Shown here: in pieces, positions 51,150 to 64,000 of the stretch
How the letters are laid out: every line of letters starts with the position of its first letter
How positions within the stretch are numbered: the first letter of the stretch is position 1
Origin: Felis catus
Lineage: Eukaryota
NCBI RefSeq assembly: GCF_018350175.1
Contig: NC_058368.1
Location: 119,290,001 to 119,354,000, forward strand
Length of the DNA stretch: 64,000 bases
Reading direction: 5' to 3'
Notes under the pieces: generated by a model
What the model was told of the DNA's origin: nothing
What the model saw: only the letters and a program-made list of their open reading frames with translations
Databases searched by the model: none
Made by a program: the position numbers and the translations under genes

Positions 51150-52000
51150 ATCCATTTAACCATCCATTCATCCATCCTTCCATCCATCCATCCATCTATT
51201 CTTTTTTTCCTTCAATATCCCTTGATAAATATACACTGACCACCCCCTACTTTCTAGGCACTGAGTTAGGTGCTTGAAATATATGCTGAACAAAGGAGAC
51301 ATGGTTTCTGCCTTCATCAAGATTATAGTCTAGCAGAAGAGAAGAGACAAATTAATCAAATAATCACACACATATATAACTACAAATTGTGACAATAAAG
51401 ACATGTAGGAAGTTGTGAGTATACATGACAGGTGGTCCTGACTTTGGGAGGATTAGAGGGGCCTCTCTGGAGCAGCTCTGAGGTCCAAGAGTTGAAGGAT
51501 GAGCAAACACAGCCATTACTTACTGAGTGTTTACTGCGTGTCAGGCTTTGTTCCACACATGATTCATGGAGTAATGCATGGAATCCTCAGTACAGTCCTA
51601 CCTGTTATTCCCCAGGACCGGCCTTCTTAACTACTACCCCTTGCGTTGCCTCTCGGTGTAGCAGAGGGGAAGCATTGCAGAGCAGTACTAGAGGCTGACG
51701 AACAGTTGGAGGTGGAGGCACAGAAAGTGGAGGGGAGCAGCACTGAATGAACCACAGGGGTGGGGACAGCTGATGCTGAGCATCTGGCCCCACTTCTGTG
51801 AGTTTTGAGAAATCACTGTATTTTTCTTAAGCTAGGGACGTGACATGACTAGATGTCCGTTTTCAAAGATCACTTTGGCTGCTGTGGACACTGGAACTTA
51901 GGAGAGCAGGGGATATGAGGAGACTGGCTGGGACATCACTGCTGTCCTCCAGGCAACAGCCTGGACTGGAGTGGTAGCCCTGCAGATAAAGCCAAACGGA
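51150..52000 (-). mobile_element. L2 fragments with (CATC)n tail
   Basis: catccattcatcc tail; ctaggcactgagttaggtgct...acatggtttctgccttca...; aaagatcactttggctgctgtgga. Confidence 0.65.
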
Positions 52001-54099
52001 CAGATTCAAGTATATATGGGTAGCCCTGTATTCAACTCCAGCTATATGTACAAAATTCACGAAGATTTATAGGATAAAATACAGCTTTTAAATTTATATT
52101 CACTCTGAGTTGCTTTGGTCTATGTCCCCAAGTCCCCAAGGGATATTGCTTTTCACTCTACAAGTCCTCCTGGTGGGGAAGTTAGGGAGGTGGTGTTTCC
52201 TCAGGGGCTTCAGGGCTTGGGACACATACAACCAACCTGCAAGAAGCAGGACCAAAGCCCTTGGCAAACTAGTTGATGTCACTTGGCATTGAACCTAGGA
52301 TCTGAGAAAAACTGAATTCAGCAAAGCCCATGACCCTTGTTGGGTCAGTGCTTCAGTTTCCAAATTCAAAACAAATGTCGTAAATCCTGTAAGCTCTGAG
52401 TGGAGGTTCAAAGGGTAATTTTCAAAGATTCTTACAACTAGGAAGTCAAAGACCTGTTGTGATAACATGCCCATAAACATACGAGAACCGCATAGACTTA
52501 ATATGAAGCTCCTCCTGAGATTTTTAAGCTAAATGGAAAAGTGCTAAGGGCCAAACATTCTTGTTTGCAAGTATTACAGAATTTCATCAGGGAATAGATT
52601 AAAAAAATCAGAAACAGGAGAAAAATCTCCATAGTTTATACGTGTAACTATATCGTGCATACTCACACACATCTACAAAATGGATACCTGAGGCATTCAT
52701 CCACATATTTATTACCCCCAATATTGTTAAATCAGACACTTGAGGGAAAACTCATTTCGATTTTTGCAAATGTGTCTTTTGTTCTATTTCAGGAAGGTGG
52801 TGTCTGAATTTCAGTCATTGAGCAAGGGTATCTTAAATCTATTCAGAGTGACTGAATTGGTTTGAGGCTGAAAGAATATTATTAAGAAAACATGGAAGCT
52901 GGGAATGGGGTTTCTGGATTTCCATACTTACAAATGCCGGGCATGGAGAATTTATGAAGGATCAAGGGTTTCTTAGTTTCATCCCTAAAGCCATAGCAGA
53001 TTTGACCACAGTTTCAAAGAGTCTGGTAGGACTGCAGCTTCCCACGAAGGCAGAGCATCCAGTGAGGTCTCCAGGAATGAGCAAAGCCCCATGTGAAGCC
53101 AAGTGTTTATGAGTGTAGGGCCTTTTGAGAACATGTTCATGTCACACAGTCTTATTAGGGCCAATTCTGTGAGCTCCATTTCAGGGCTGGAGCATAAGAG
53201 AAATCCATTGAGCACTCTAAAGAGGTAAAAGTGACATAGAGCAGTGAGGCTCATTTGCAGTCCTTTGGCTTGGACCTCTGTTCTCAGGTGTGTTTATCAA
53301 GCAGCTGGTGTGCTTGCAAAGACACGGCCTCCTTCCCCTCTCTCGTCCTTTCTCCCTGACTTCCCCAGTCTGGATTTCTGAAATGCTTCTGTGAACAATA
53401 CTGTGGATGTCACAGCTGAGAGAACCAAGGCAGTAAGCCACATAACCCAAGCCAAAATCAAAACAAAACTGTTCCTAGAAAAGAGAAGAGGATGATTTCT
53501 GAGCCAGACTTTAATAATGGAAAGCCAAAACTCAGATAATTAGGGCAACTGTGGTTTGTTTTGTCTGTTTGACTTAATTAGCTGACTAATGTCCTTATTC
53601 CTAATTATATCTGGGGTGCCAGAACCCAGACCATCAAGTGTCCCTGCCCTGCGTGATTTGGGGCAAGTTGCTTTACCTCCATGAGTCTCAATTATAAAGT
53701 TTTCCTCAATTATATATTGTATTTATATAAGTTTTCTCATCTAAAAAAAATGATGAAAGCCCTGTGAAGCTTGGACGAAATAACTGCTTAGCACATACAG
53801 AGCCCTCAGTAAAAGCCTCTCACTGTCTTCACCATGGCAGCGTTAGAAATGGGACTTAGAAGGATAAGAGGGAAGGGAAGAAGAGCTTCCAAGGAACCAG
53901 CATTTGTTAAATGCCTACTACGTGCCAGTGCATTCGCCCACAAATTGTGTCCTGTCTCTGCATGTTGGTCATAATACCAATGTACTTTCCTTGGGCCCCA
54001 GTGAGTTGGCAGGTCCCTGTGACCAAAGAATGGGGTCCCCCCTTAACACCCCACCAGTTACCGAGAGACCTCAGACAAAGCATTAAATCTCCTTGACCC

Positions 54100-54738
54100 A
54101 TAGAGTGAGAGAGTGGTTCTCTTTAAAATTCTTTCTCAAAGCCAATTTCATCAAGCAGAAACTCTTGGAGTTATTAAATCTTGAATACATCACTTACACT
54201 CTATAACCTCCATTTTTAACTAAAAGAAGCCGATCACAATCTCAGAACCTTAGTCAGACAGCAGTCCAGCTGGAGTTTAACTTTTTCCAATTCTTTTTAT
54301 GATGATTTTTTTTTTTAGAATTAAAATAACAAAGTTTTCTTTTAAATAATTTTGAGTGTAAAGGGGAAGTGCTGGGGCGCCCGGGTGGCTTTGCCAGTTG
54401 AGCATCCGACTTGGGCTCAGGTCATGATCTCGTGGTCCATGAGTTCGAGCCCCGTGTCGGGTTCTGTGCTGACAGCTCAGAACCTGGAGCCTGTTTCAGA
54501 TTCTGTGTCTCCCTCTCTCTCTGACCCTCCCCCATTCATGTTCTGTCTCTCTCTGTCTTAAAAATAAACTTAAAAAAATTTTTTTTAAAAGGAGGAAGTG
54601 CTTTAAAAGAATATCAAATAAATATTAAGCAACTATGATAAAAAAATATGAGGAATATGAGGATAATAGGAGTTAATATGCTGATGTGGCCAAAATCGTG
54701 GCTGTAATATTACAATCACTGAAGTTTGGGAACTACTG
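54100..54738 (-). mobile_element. Second MER113-like hAT relic, interrupted by a SINE
   Basis: gtggccaaaatcgtgg...actgaagtttgggaactactg terminal sequence. Confidence 0.5.
54374..54587 (+). mobile_element. SINEC_Fc-like SINE
   Basis: Full body; TSD aaagg(a)ggaagtgct. Confidence 0.96.
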
Positions 54739-56174
54739 CTCTAACAGGGAACCACAATGGTTCTATATGGCCTTAGGATGTCCTAACCTCATTTTAAAGC
54801 CATCTAAGGCTCTCAGCCCAAGGGAGTGAGAAGTTGATAAGGCTGTCTGAGTCTACCTATGGATTATGATGATTCACTACATGAATTGCAATGTTCTTGA
54901 ATAGAATGATGAAAGCACATGCTAATACTGATCGCTTACAGTCAGCCAGAAATAAATTTCTAGGCTGCTGGCAAAGCAGCCAGGTAAAAGAAGTAGCTTA
55001 ACCCCAAAAGATCAGACTTTAGGCCCCTTCCATCTGTGTTCCAGAGGACTGTCATATCGGAATATAGGGAGTATGTGAAGGGATGTAGAGATGGAATGTC
55101 CAGAGAAAACAAAAACAAAGCCAAAAAAACAGACAGTATCAGTGTACCTACTGGGTCCTTACTGTGTGCATTTGTGATCAATGTAGTAAATTCCCATTTC
55201 TCTTGGAAAAGAGCATCAGCAAATTGCTTTGTAGTAGGTGATCATTAGTGAGCATACCACCTCAAGAGGAAAGCAACTAAATAGAAAATCCCTATCAAAT
55301 GAAAAGAGCCACAGTGTCTTTACCTTCATGAACTTACTTAGTGTGTATACCAACATAATATTTACGCTTCCAAGTATGATGATTTCATTTCACAGATTGG
55401 AAAACAAGATAAAAGGAGTAAGAAAAGAAAGCCTCCCTGTGAGTTAAACAACTAGTTGAGATAGAAAGGAATTCGAATGTAGGCCTAACATCCATTTATT
55501 TTTCACCCTATGTTCCAACTGGATCAAACAGTATTTTTTTATTGTTTTTTTTTTTTTTTAATCAGGAACTATATACATAAGATTTAAAGGTTCCGTTTTC
55601 TTTTGTTGGACTCTGAGGCACTTTTATCCGCAAGCAATTTTTGAAGTGTTCAAAGCAACTTTGGATTCATTTTATTATTTCATTTGTTTATGCAATAAGT
55701 GGTTTACGATGTAATCCATCTGTGACGTAGTGGAGAGCTTAGACTCTTTCCGGAGTTTTTCCTTATACAGAATCCATTCAACTTACTTGCTTTGCGTTCA
55801 TTCATTGATCCATTCATCTGACTGTCTTTACCAAATGTCTGCTCTGTACTTGCCATTTGGCTTTCATCTTCTGCATCAACCCACAAATGAATTTGGAACC
55901 ATCCTTCAATTCACTGATGTCACCAAATTTTCCTGCATCACGTAAGCTGCACCTGCCACCATCACGCTAAACAGGCTCCACCCACACTTGATCGCGATAC
56001 CTACGTGGGCAAAAATTCTCTCCAGGGAAGGTGAATGAAGAAACAGTTTCTAGAAATTATTTTCTTCTTCCTGTTCTTTCAGTTTAAAAGGGAAAAAATC
56101 AAGAAAGAAGCAGCCCACAGGCAAAAGAAATAGTTTCTTCAGTTTGTGGACGGCCTCTGAGAGACCTTCATGAA

Positions 56175-56242
56175 TATCCAAGTGCACCAATCGACTCTCT
56201 TTCCCAGATCCTCCTTACAGCAGTGTTTAGTACAAATGGTAT
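56175..56242 (+). repeat. 68-bp dispersed direct repeat, copy A (copy B at 58810-58878)
   Basis: 65 of 69 aligned positions identical. Confidence 0.95.
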
Positions 56243-57160
56243 AACGGAGGTGATGCACTGGGGTTTGAAAGAGAAGTGAGTAAAATGAGCTTCCTTCTAT
56301 TTTGCTCCAGGGCTTCTCAATGTAACTTTTCCTGGCAGTTTCTATGTAGAAAGGCAATTCAACTTGCTGTCTTATTTTATCTGAATGCACTTCTGAACAG
56401 CTCCATATTCTTTCATTTCCGTGCCTTTCGCATTCTTGGTTTGAATGTAAACCTTCACCTGCACTGGTGTATTTGTCTTTTCAAGAGTGGCTTGAAAGCC
56501 TCTCTTTTGATGAGACTCTATCCTCACTATTCTCTTCTTTCATATGCAAAAGATGATTTTTTAGAATAAGTTTTTCTGATGCCTTTTTGCTTTCTGTGTC
56601 CTGAAGTGCCAAACAGATCTCTGTTATCCAGACGGTAACATGGGTTTTTATTTTAGACAAAATTCAGGAGTAGAACATGGAAGCTATTATTACTCGCTGG
56701 ATAAATTTAAGACATTATTCACTGACTAATTATTACTGTAATTTATTTATTAAATGCCTACTATGTGCAAGACAGTATGCTACTGTGTGGCCACGAAATG
56801 ATGAGCAAAGGTATACATTGCATCAGACTCTGTTTTAGAGGAGAGGGTAATTGTACAATCAAATACTAATTACCTTCAGGTATAGAGAATCAAATATTAT
56901 TCTCTGCTATAAAACGATGTGGCTGTGTAAAGTAGGTACCTATGGATGTAATAAAGCAATATTTAGTAAATTTTTGTTGAATGAGTGAATAAAGGAATAC
57001 AGAGCTGGAGAAGAAAAGTCTCTGGGAAGGACAGGTTAAAATAATGTAGAATTACGGATTTTGGTAAAGAGATAGATGAGAAAATAAGCGCTCAATAAAG
57101 AAAGAGCAATACTGAGAAGACCTACAATGATGTTTTTAAAAATAATCAAAGGGCCCAGAG

Positions 57161-57162
<2 letters not shown>

Positions 57163-57211
<49 letters not shown>
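57163..57211 (+). repeat. A49 homopolymer
   Basis: Directly visible; no SINE/L1 body or TSD attached. Confidence 0.95.
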
Positions 57212-57212
<1 letters not shown>

Positions 57213-57799
57213 ATATTTACAAACTTGTAGACCTCTTGAACCAGGGAAATTAAATTGCTCGGTGGAGAGAACATTATGTTTAGAACAAAAAGAGACCCTG
57301 AATAATTCTTTATATACTGTTATGCTGTTTTATAGCATTTACTAGTCAAGAAGTGATGTTAAGTTGAACAGATATAAATCGGTCTATAGATGAGCCATGT
57401 TGAGAATGGGAACCAAAACAATTGGGTCATTCACAGTTATCAGGTTCTTTTTAGAAACCATAGCCTTAAAAAATTTAGAGGTAGTTTATTAGTTAGACTT
57501 CTTTCCCTAGAACTTTGCTACCAGGTTCGAATGAAAGTAAATGTTAACCCAAAACCTGCACACACAGAATTGATGAGAAAGTGGGCACCAAACAGTCTGG
57601 AACCCATTTGGCAATCTTGAATCCCAATTCTGTCCTTTTATATCACACTTTGCTATAAAAGTCTCACTGGACACAAGCTGGTAAAATTCTAGACTTAGAG
57701 GAAGTTAACCCTGTGGCTGCCAATGGGCAAACAGAGTCCTTCCCATCAGTGACCTACGTGACCCAGCTTCGGCTGCCATCTCTCAAGGTGCACATAGGG

Positions 57800-58800
57800 A
57801 CGTCCACTGAGAATGGAATGGTCTACAGCACTTTGACGATCCCACCTGAGCACAACTAGAAAAGCCTGAGCAAAATATATTAAAAATCTGCTTTAAGGTA
57901 TCAGAGAGCTACACAAGCAGCGAGGCCCAGATGTGCCGACGTTCCAGATAAGAGACTCCCAGAGGGTGATCCAAGGCTCCCCAGTGAGTTTCCCCAGGGG
58001 CTTTTGTCAGTTCTGGGTGGAGCCAAGAGGCTGAGAAGCTTAAGAGGGTTCCTGCCAAGGGCCCCTGCTGAGATGGAGAAAATGGTAGAGTCTGTGAGGC
58101 CTTGCAGCTGGTGACCCAACTGGTGACCTGGACGGCTTTAACACCCAGCTGGTTTCCTCTTCAAGACGTTTAAGCCGGTTAGAGGGACAGGTTCAGAAGC
58201 TAATTTTTAATTTTTAAACATCTCTGAAAAGCAGAGCAGAATTTTCCTTAAGTTCTGAGGAGGCGCTGGCCTGCTCAGGGAGGAACTCTTGTTAACAGGG
58301 CCACAGGGGCAGCAGTGAGCTGGCCTGCCTGCAGCCGCCTTCACCCCTGCGCCGTGTGCCAGTTCTGTGAATGGCCAGAGCGGAGACACCTGCTTGGCCC
58401 AACACAGGGCCACTGGCTAGGGCACAAAAAACCAGAAGTGTCGGCATCTATGTGAGGTTGCAATGACAAAATTGCAGATCTGAGGGACCTCAAACACACA
58501 GCTGGTTTCCCCTGAAGAAATGTGCGGAATGCTAAAGCTTCATGGAACAGAGGTTTTAAAGTTAAAAAACCTCTGAGAAGCAGAGTGGAATTTTCTGTAG
58601 TTTGTTAGCACTGAGAAGTGAAGTCAAGGGTGGACTTGGAGGATGGAGTCCTGGTTCACACATCAGGCTGCCACTGGAAAGAAGGGCCTCATCCTGGGAA
58701 CAGTAAACCAAGATGGAGACCCAGTCCAGGCACAGGCAGGGGTAAGGGGCTTGCCCCAGCGCCAGTCTCTCAGCCAGCAGGGGTTTGAGCCTCTGGTGAA
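57800..58800 (+). mobile_element. Ancient L1M-type 5'UTR fragment with ~350-bp internal repeat
   Basis: acaactagaaaagcctgagcaaaatatat...tatcagagagc resembles old L1 5' ends; cagctggtttcc...ctctga(a/g)aagcagag...aattttc recurs at ~58146 and ~58499. Confidence 0.5.
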
Positions 58801-58809
58801 AGATAACAT

Positions 58810-58878
58810 TATCCAGAGTGCACCAAGAGACTCTCTTTCCCAGATCCTCATTACAGCAGTGTTTAGTACAAATGGTAT
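58810..58878 (+). repeat. 69-bp dispersed direct repeat, copy B
   Basis: Matches 56175-56242. Confidence 0.95.
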
Positions 58879-59513
58879 TAGACTCCAGACATTTCCACAC
58901 ACGACATCCAGCACTGAACTGAAATGCAAAGACCAGTGACGTCAGAAGATTCTCGTTCCCTGTCACGCAAAAATTGTGTGTGTCCCTAGACTATCTTTAG
59001 CCAATCTACATCTGAACACCCTAATTTCATTAATGAAAATGCCTTTCTATCATCCATAATGCTAATATGTAGAAGCTATTATTGATCAGAGATAAGAGAG
59101 CTAAAATCCTTGTAGGTGTTGGGTGTGGCTGGAGTGATTAAGTACTTACATATTAATTTAAGTAGTTATTTAAAATAAATTATAGACCACCTAACAAAAG
59201 TTCCTTGAAATCAGAGACCTTGTTAGATTCAATTCCATGTGATTAGCTAATTCAACGTTTAGCACATCATAGTTATGTCTTTGTGTCTCTTCTCCCTAAC
59301 TTATTGTGAGTCCTCAATCACGTCCTGTATTACTGTGGGTTCTCATTTCTTGTCTTAGGTTGTTGTACCATCATTCTGATCTTTTCCCAGGCATGTCCAG
59401 GAAGGCAACTTAGCAGAACAGCTGGAAAGAAGCACTCAGGCTGTCCTGACCTGGGGGCCACAATTTGCAACTTATCATCTGCTTGACCACTAGCAAGTTA
59501 CTTAACAATTTGG

Positions 59514-59745
59514 TTTTTTTTTTTTTTTTTGGTGTTGTTGTTGTTTTTTTCAGCTTTTATTTTAGATAAAGAGAGAGGGAGAGGGACAGGAAGAGAGAGG
59601 GAGAGGGAGAGGGAGAGAGAATCTCAAGCAGGCTGCACACTCAGTGCAGAATCCAACACAGGGTTCAATCCCACGACCCTGGGATCATGACCTGAGCCAA
59701 AATGAAGAGCCAGACACCTAAATGACTGAGCCACCCAGGTGTCCC
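59514..59745 (-). mobile_element. Can-SINE inserted in a MIR-like fragment
   Basis: ctgagccacccaggtgtccc head; TSD aacaattt(t)gg. Confidence 0.92.
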
Positions 59746-59796
59746 AACAATTTTGGAGCCCCCAAACCAGCTCATTGCTTCCTACCCACATCATTT

Positions 59797-60632
59797 GTTT
59801 TGTTTTTTTGTTTGTTTTTAATTTTAATTTTTTTAAATATGAAATTTATTGTCAAATTGGTTTCCATACAACACCCAGTGCTCATCCCAAAAGGTGCCCT
59901 CCTCAATACCCATCACCCACCCTGCCCTCCCTCCCACCCCCCATCAACCCTCAGTTTGTTCTCAGTTTTTAAGAGTCTCTGATGTTTTGGCTCCCTCCCT
60001 CTCTAACCTCTTTTTTTTTTTTTTTTTTTTTGTCTTCCCCTCCCCCATGGTCTTCTGTTAAATTTCTCAGGATCCACATAAGAGGGAAAACATATGGTAT
60101 CTTTCTCTCTATGACTTATTTAACTTAGCATAACACTCTCCAGTTCCATCCACACTGCTACAAAAGGCCATATTTCATTCTTTCTCATTGCCACGTAGTA
60201 TTCCATTGTGTATATAGACCGAAATTTCTTTACCCATTCATCAGTTGATGGACATTTAGGCTCTTTCCATAATTTGGCTATTGTTGAAAGTGCTGCTATA
60301 AACATTGGGGTACAAGTGCCCCTATGCATCAGCACTCCTGTATCCCTTGGGTAAATTCCTAGCAGTGCTATTGCTGGGTCATAGGGTAGATCTATTTTTA
60401 ATTTTTTGAGGAACCTCCACACTGTTTTCCAGAGCAGCTGCATTCCTACCAACAGTGCAAGAGGGTTCCCGTTTCTCCACATCCTCTCCAGCATCTATAG
60501 TCTCCTGATTTGTTCGTTTTAGTCACTCTGACTGGTGTGAGGTGGTATCTGAGTGTGGTTTTGATTTGTATTTCCCTGATGAGGAGCGACGTTGAGCATC
60601 TTTTCATGTGCCTGTTGGCCATCTGGATGTCT
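59797..60632 (-). mobile_element. Young felid L1 3' end (5'-truncated, ~0.84 kb)
   Basis: ORF2 C-terminus WKTVWRFLKKLKIDLPYDPAIALLGIYP...; perfect 14-bp TSD tacccacatcattt at 59783 and 60633. Confidence 0.97.
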
Positions 60633-60643
60633 TACCCACATCA

Positions 60644-60836
60644 TTTTTTAATGTTTGTTTATTTTTGAGAGAGAGAAAGAAATCCACCAGGAGAGGGGGA
60701 GAAAGAGAGGGGGGTTGAGGATCCACCTGCTGAGCTGATGGCAGAGAAACCCATGTGGGGCTGAAACCCATGAACCTCAAGATCATGACCTGAGCCAAAG
60801 TCAGACGCTCAACCCACTGAGCCACCTAGGTGCCCC
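60644..60836 (-). mobile_element. Can-SINE
   Basis: ctgagccacctaggtgcccc head, GA tract, T-rich tail directly abutting the L1 TSD. Confidence 0.93.
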
Positions 60837-61889
60837 CTGCATCTTTTTTTATTTTTTTAAACCAAAATTGGTGTCTTCAACAGAATTATCTTGCTTAAAC
60901 AAAAGATTTAGCTAAAAATGACATTTGATTTTCCAGAGATCATATCCAACTTTAAAAGCTGAAGACTTGTGGACTCTTAGAGAAAAAGCAAAAGAGTATG
61001 TTCTAGATTCCAAGTGCCATTCTCCAAGATGAGTCCTCATTAGGTCAAGAGTCACTAGTTTGCAGGAGGGTAACACATTAGACTATCTGTTCTCCATTCA
61101 CTTGAAGCTATGGGAGATATGGAGGCCATATGAATAGACTCTGCATTTGTTATTGGATCTAAATGTCGCTGCTTTTCAGATATTGAACTATTATAATGAC
61201 TGGTACTTGTTACTGGAATATTGCATAACAGCTATAAGCAATTCGAAATAGTTAATCCAATCGTTGTATTTGACAACCAGGATTAAACATCAACTGATTT
61301 TTTGATCTTTAAGCAACAGAGCGGCTGTTAAATCTCTATCAGTGTGTATGCTAAAAGTTATATATAATGCAAATTACCCTGGACACTCCCTTTGGAAGAT
61401 ACCAAAACTGGATACTAATAAGCCCAACACAGTCCGCTTTCCTTCACTGTCCTTGCCCTCTCCTGTTTCTTTGGATTACTACCAGATGAAGTAGGTGGCT
61501 TATACTTTAGGGTTGTATTTTAGGCAAGACTTAAACCCTAGCAGCACATTCAGCGTAGAGAGATGCGCATACTCTAAGGGGCAGATGTGGGAACCAATGC
61601 CAAATAAAAGAGTATCCGATTCACTTTCCCACCCCTCCTGCATTCCAAAAGCACCCTGACTGAGGGAGGAGGTCAGGCAAAACCACCTGCACTATGCACC
61701 AGATTCACAGTATTTTCTCTACTCTCATCTCTGGCCTGGGTACATCACATGGACTGTATCAGTTGGCTCTATTAAATCAGACACATGAGGATGTACTCCA
61801 TGACACAGACTCTAAAACTACTAATGGCTAAGATCTACTGTGTGTTAGGGACTAGATTAAACATTCATTATTTTGTATAATCTGATTTA

Positions 61890-62595
61890 GAGTTTTGTTT
61901 CTAAAATCATACGGTAAAATTGACTTTTTAGGTACACCGTTCTCTGAATTTTAATACAGGTATAAATTCATAAAACACCACCACAAGCAACACACAAAAC
62001 AGCTCCAACTCTCCATAAAACTCCCAGCTATCTCCCTCTAGTCTCCCATTTCCCTTACCCCCAGTTCTAAACAGATGCATGGTAACCACAGATCTGTTCT
62101 CTGTCACAATAGCTTTATCTTTCTGAGCATGTCACATAAATGCAATCACACAATAAATATATAACCTGCAAGACTTTTTTTTTCCACCCAGGTTAATGTC
62201 TTTGAGATTCATTCAAATTACAGCATGTATCCATACTTCATTCCTATGTATTCTATTGTATGGAAATACCACAGCTTATATATTCATTTGCCCACTCTTT
62301 TTCAGTTGTTTCTAGTTTTTCCGTGATGGTAAATAAAATGCTCTGAACACCTGCATATTTTTTATGTAAACCTAAGTGTTCACTTGACAGGGGTAAACAT
62401 ATCCAAGAGTCAGGCTGTTGAGTCACATGGTAAACGGACTTGTAAGACACTATACCAAGTTACCTTCCAGAGCAGCTGTATCATTTCGCCCTCCAAACAG
62501 CCACAAAGGAGAGTTCTGGTTGCTCCACATCCTCATCAGCACTTGACAATGTCAGTTGTTTTAGTTTTAGTCACTCACTAGGTACGTGGTGCTTA
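61890..62595 (-). mobile_element. Old L1 (L1MC-type) 3' end
   Basis: acagatctgttctctgtcac...tttgagattcattcaa...tattgtatgga...gagagttctggttgctccacatcctcatcagcacttg. Confidence 0.8.
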
Positions 62596-63350
62596 ATCTA
62601 CCAATGGCAGTATAAAGTAGGTCCTATTATCATGCCCATCCTGTGAGTGAAGAAACCAAGGCTTGGAGAGACTAAGTAAATCCTGGCAGACTTCACATTT
62701 TTTAAGTTTCAGAGACAAGAGGTGGCCCCAGAAAGCTTCCACATTGTGGTACAGAAGCAAGGTATTTACAAGACGTGTGTTTTCACATGTGACTTGTTCA
62801 CAAGTCATGATGTTTTAATACACCTGGTTGATTTTTTCAAAGGAGGGATATTTCATACAACCATGAGTTTTGTGAAGAAGCTAGGGGATGCCTTCTATCA
62901 GAAATATTGTTTCTTCGGGGGAGGCCATAAGAGAGGGCCAAGCAGACAGATTAAAGGCAGTGACGTGAATTTTCTCTTGCATGAAAAAAAAAAAAAAAAA
63001 AGGATTCAGGGCAAAAACACACAAAAAAAGCAAAGTGCTTTCTTTGACCTTTTACTTTCCTCCTGCTCTTTCCTCCCACACAGTAATCGTTGCTTTTTGC
63101 TGGGCAAGAAAAATGCCAGCTGTTTAAGAGCCATTTTTAAAGATCTGAAAAGAGAAAAAAAAAATTGACCCTCCTTTTTTTCTCCCATATTTTTCTCTTT
63201 TCTTATCTCTGTTGAACCATGATCTCAGGAGTCTCACTGCCTCCCTGTAGCAATGATGGGAATCCTCAATATGGGTCAATGGGAAGAATGAAAGGCTGAC
63301 CATTGAGTCCATTTACAAAGAAGAAAGTTAAAAAAAAACACCACATTGTG

Positions 63351-63562
63351 GGGGTGCCTGGGTGGCTCAGTCTGTTAGGCGACCGACTATTGATTTCAGC
63401 TGGGGTCACAATCTCACAGTTTGTAGGATCAAACCCCATGTCTGTATCTGTGCTGATGGTGCAGAGTCTGCTTGTATCTCTCTCTCTCTCCCTCTCTCTG
63501 TGCTCCTCCTGCACTCTCTCTCTCTCTTTCCCTCTCAAAATAAATAAATAAACTTTAAAAAA
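63351..63562 (+). mobile_element. Can-SINE
   Basis: ggggtgcctgggtggctcagtc head, CT tract, A tail; TSD accaca(t/c)tgtg. Confidence 0.95.
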
Positions 63563-64000
63563 CCACACTGTGTTTCCTAGAACATATGTAGATCATAAGC
63601 CTGAAAATACCAACCGGGTGCCTATAATTTGGCTACTTTGTCTTCCACAGGTTTCTCCTTGTTTGTCAGGCACTTGGATCCACCATATGCACTTGACAAT
63701 GAACTGAAATCGGACAATGTGAAAGACTCAGACACTGGACAGGAACCAATTACCTTTCCTAAATAGGTGACTTTTCATTTTTAGAGCTAGAAATACTTGT
63801 TGGAATTTTCCAACATGGAATCCATCTTTCAGCACAACCAATTCTCACCTATGTGCTTCAGTAGCACGGACTTCTCTCCCTCTGGTAGCTTCCTCTCTCC
63901 CAACTACCCCACCCATTTGGGAAAGTCCTTCTGTTGTGCACAAAGTGTATTTTTAAAGCCATGTACCGGAACCTCAGTGCTGCTGGGGAAATCCTGCTGC

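Noticed and set aside
62722..63168. 148-aa Lys-rich ORF
   Set aside because: Driven by poly-A tracts, GTG start, low complexity.

Overview
Mammalian, almost certainly felid, genomic DNA: the young tRNA-derived SINEs are SINEC_Fc-like and the L1 3' ends are carnivore/felid type. The window is CpG-poor and repeat-rich, and I cannot confidently call any host protein-coding exon, so it is intronic or intergenic. Most ORF-track entries are SINE, L1 or microsatellite read-throughs. Content: about a dozen Can-SINEs (most with TSDs), two young felid L1 3' fragments, two older carnivore L1s, ancient L1M/HAL1-like pieces, MaLR solo LTRs, hAT relics, MIRs and L2s. Most notable: (1) two head-to-tail, heavily decayed minus-strand relics of an RTE-clade LINE (~380-2480 and ~4900-7950), where AP-endonuclease and RT motifs can still be read in the correct order across frameshifts; (2) a full-length U6/L1 chimeric retrocopy plus a separate 3'-truncated U6 retrocopy; (3) two short, locally templated duplications of apparently unique sequence (30 bp and ~68 bp, 2.6-2.8 kb apart) at the broken ends of ancient L1s; (4) a multi-layer nested insertion splitting a MER113-like element. 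Repeat family names come from remembered consensus sequences, and boundaries of old elements are approximate.
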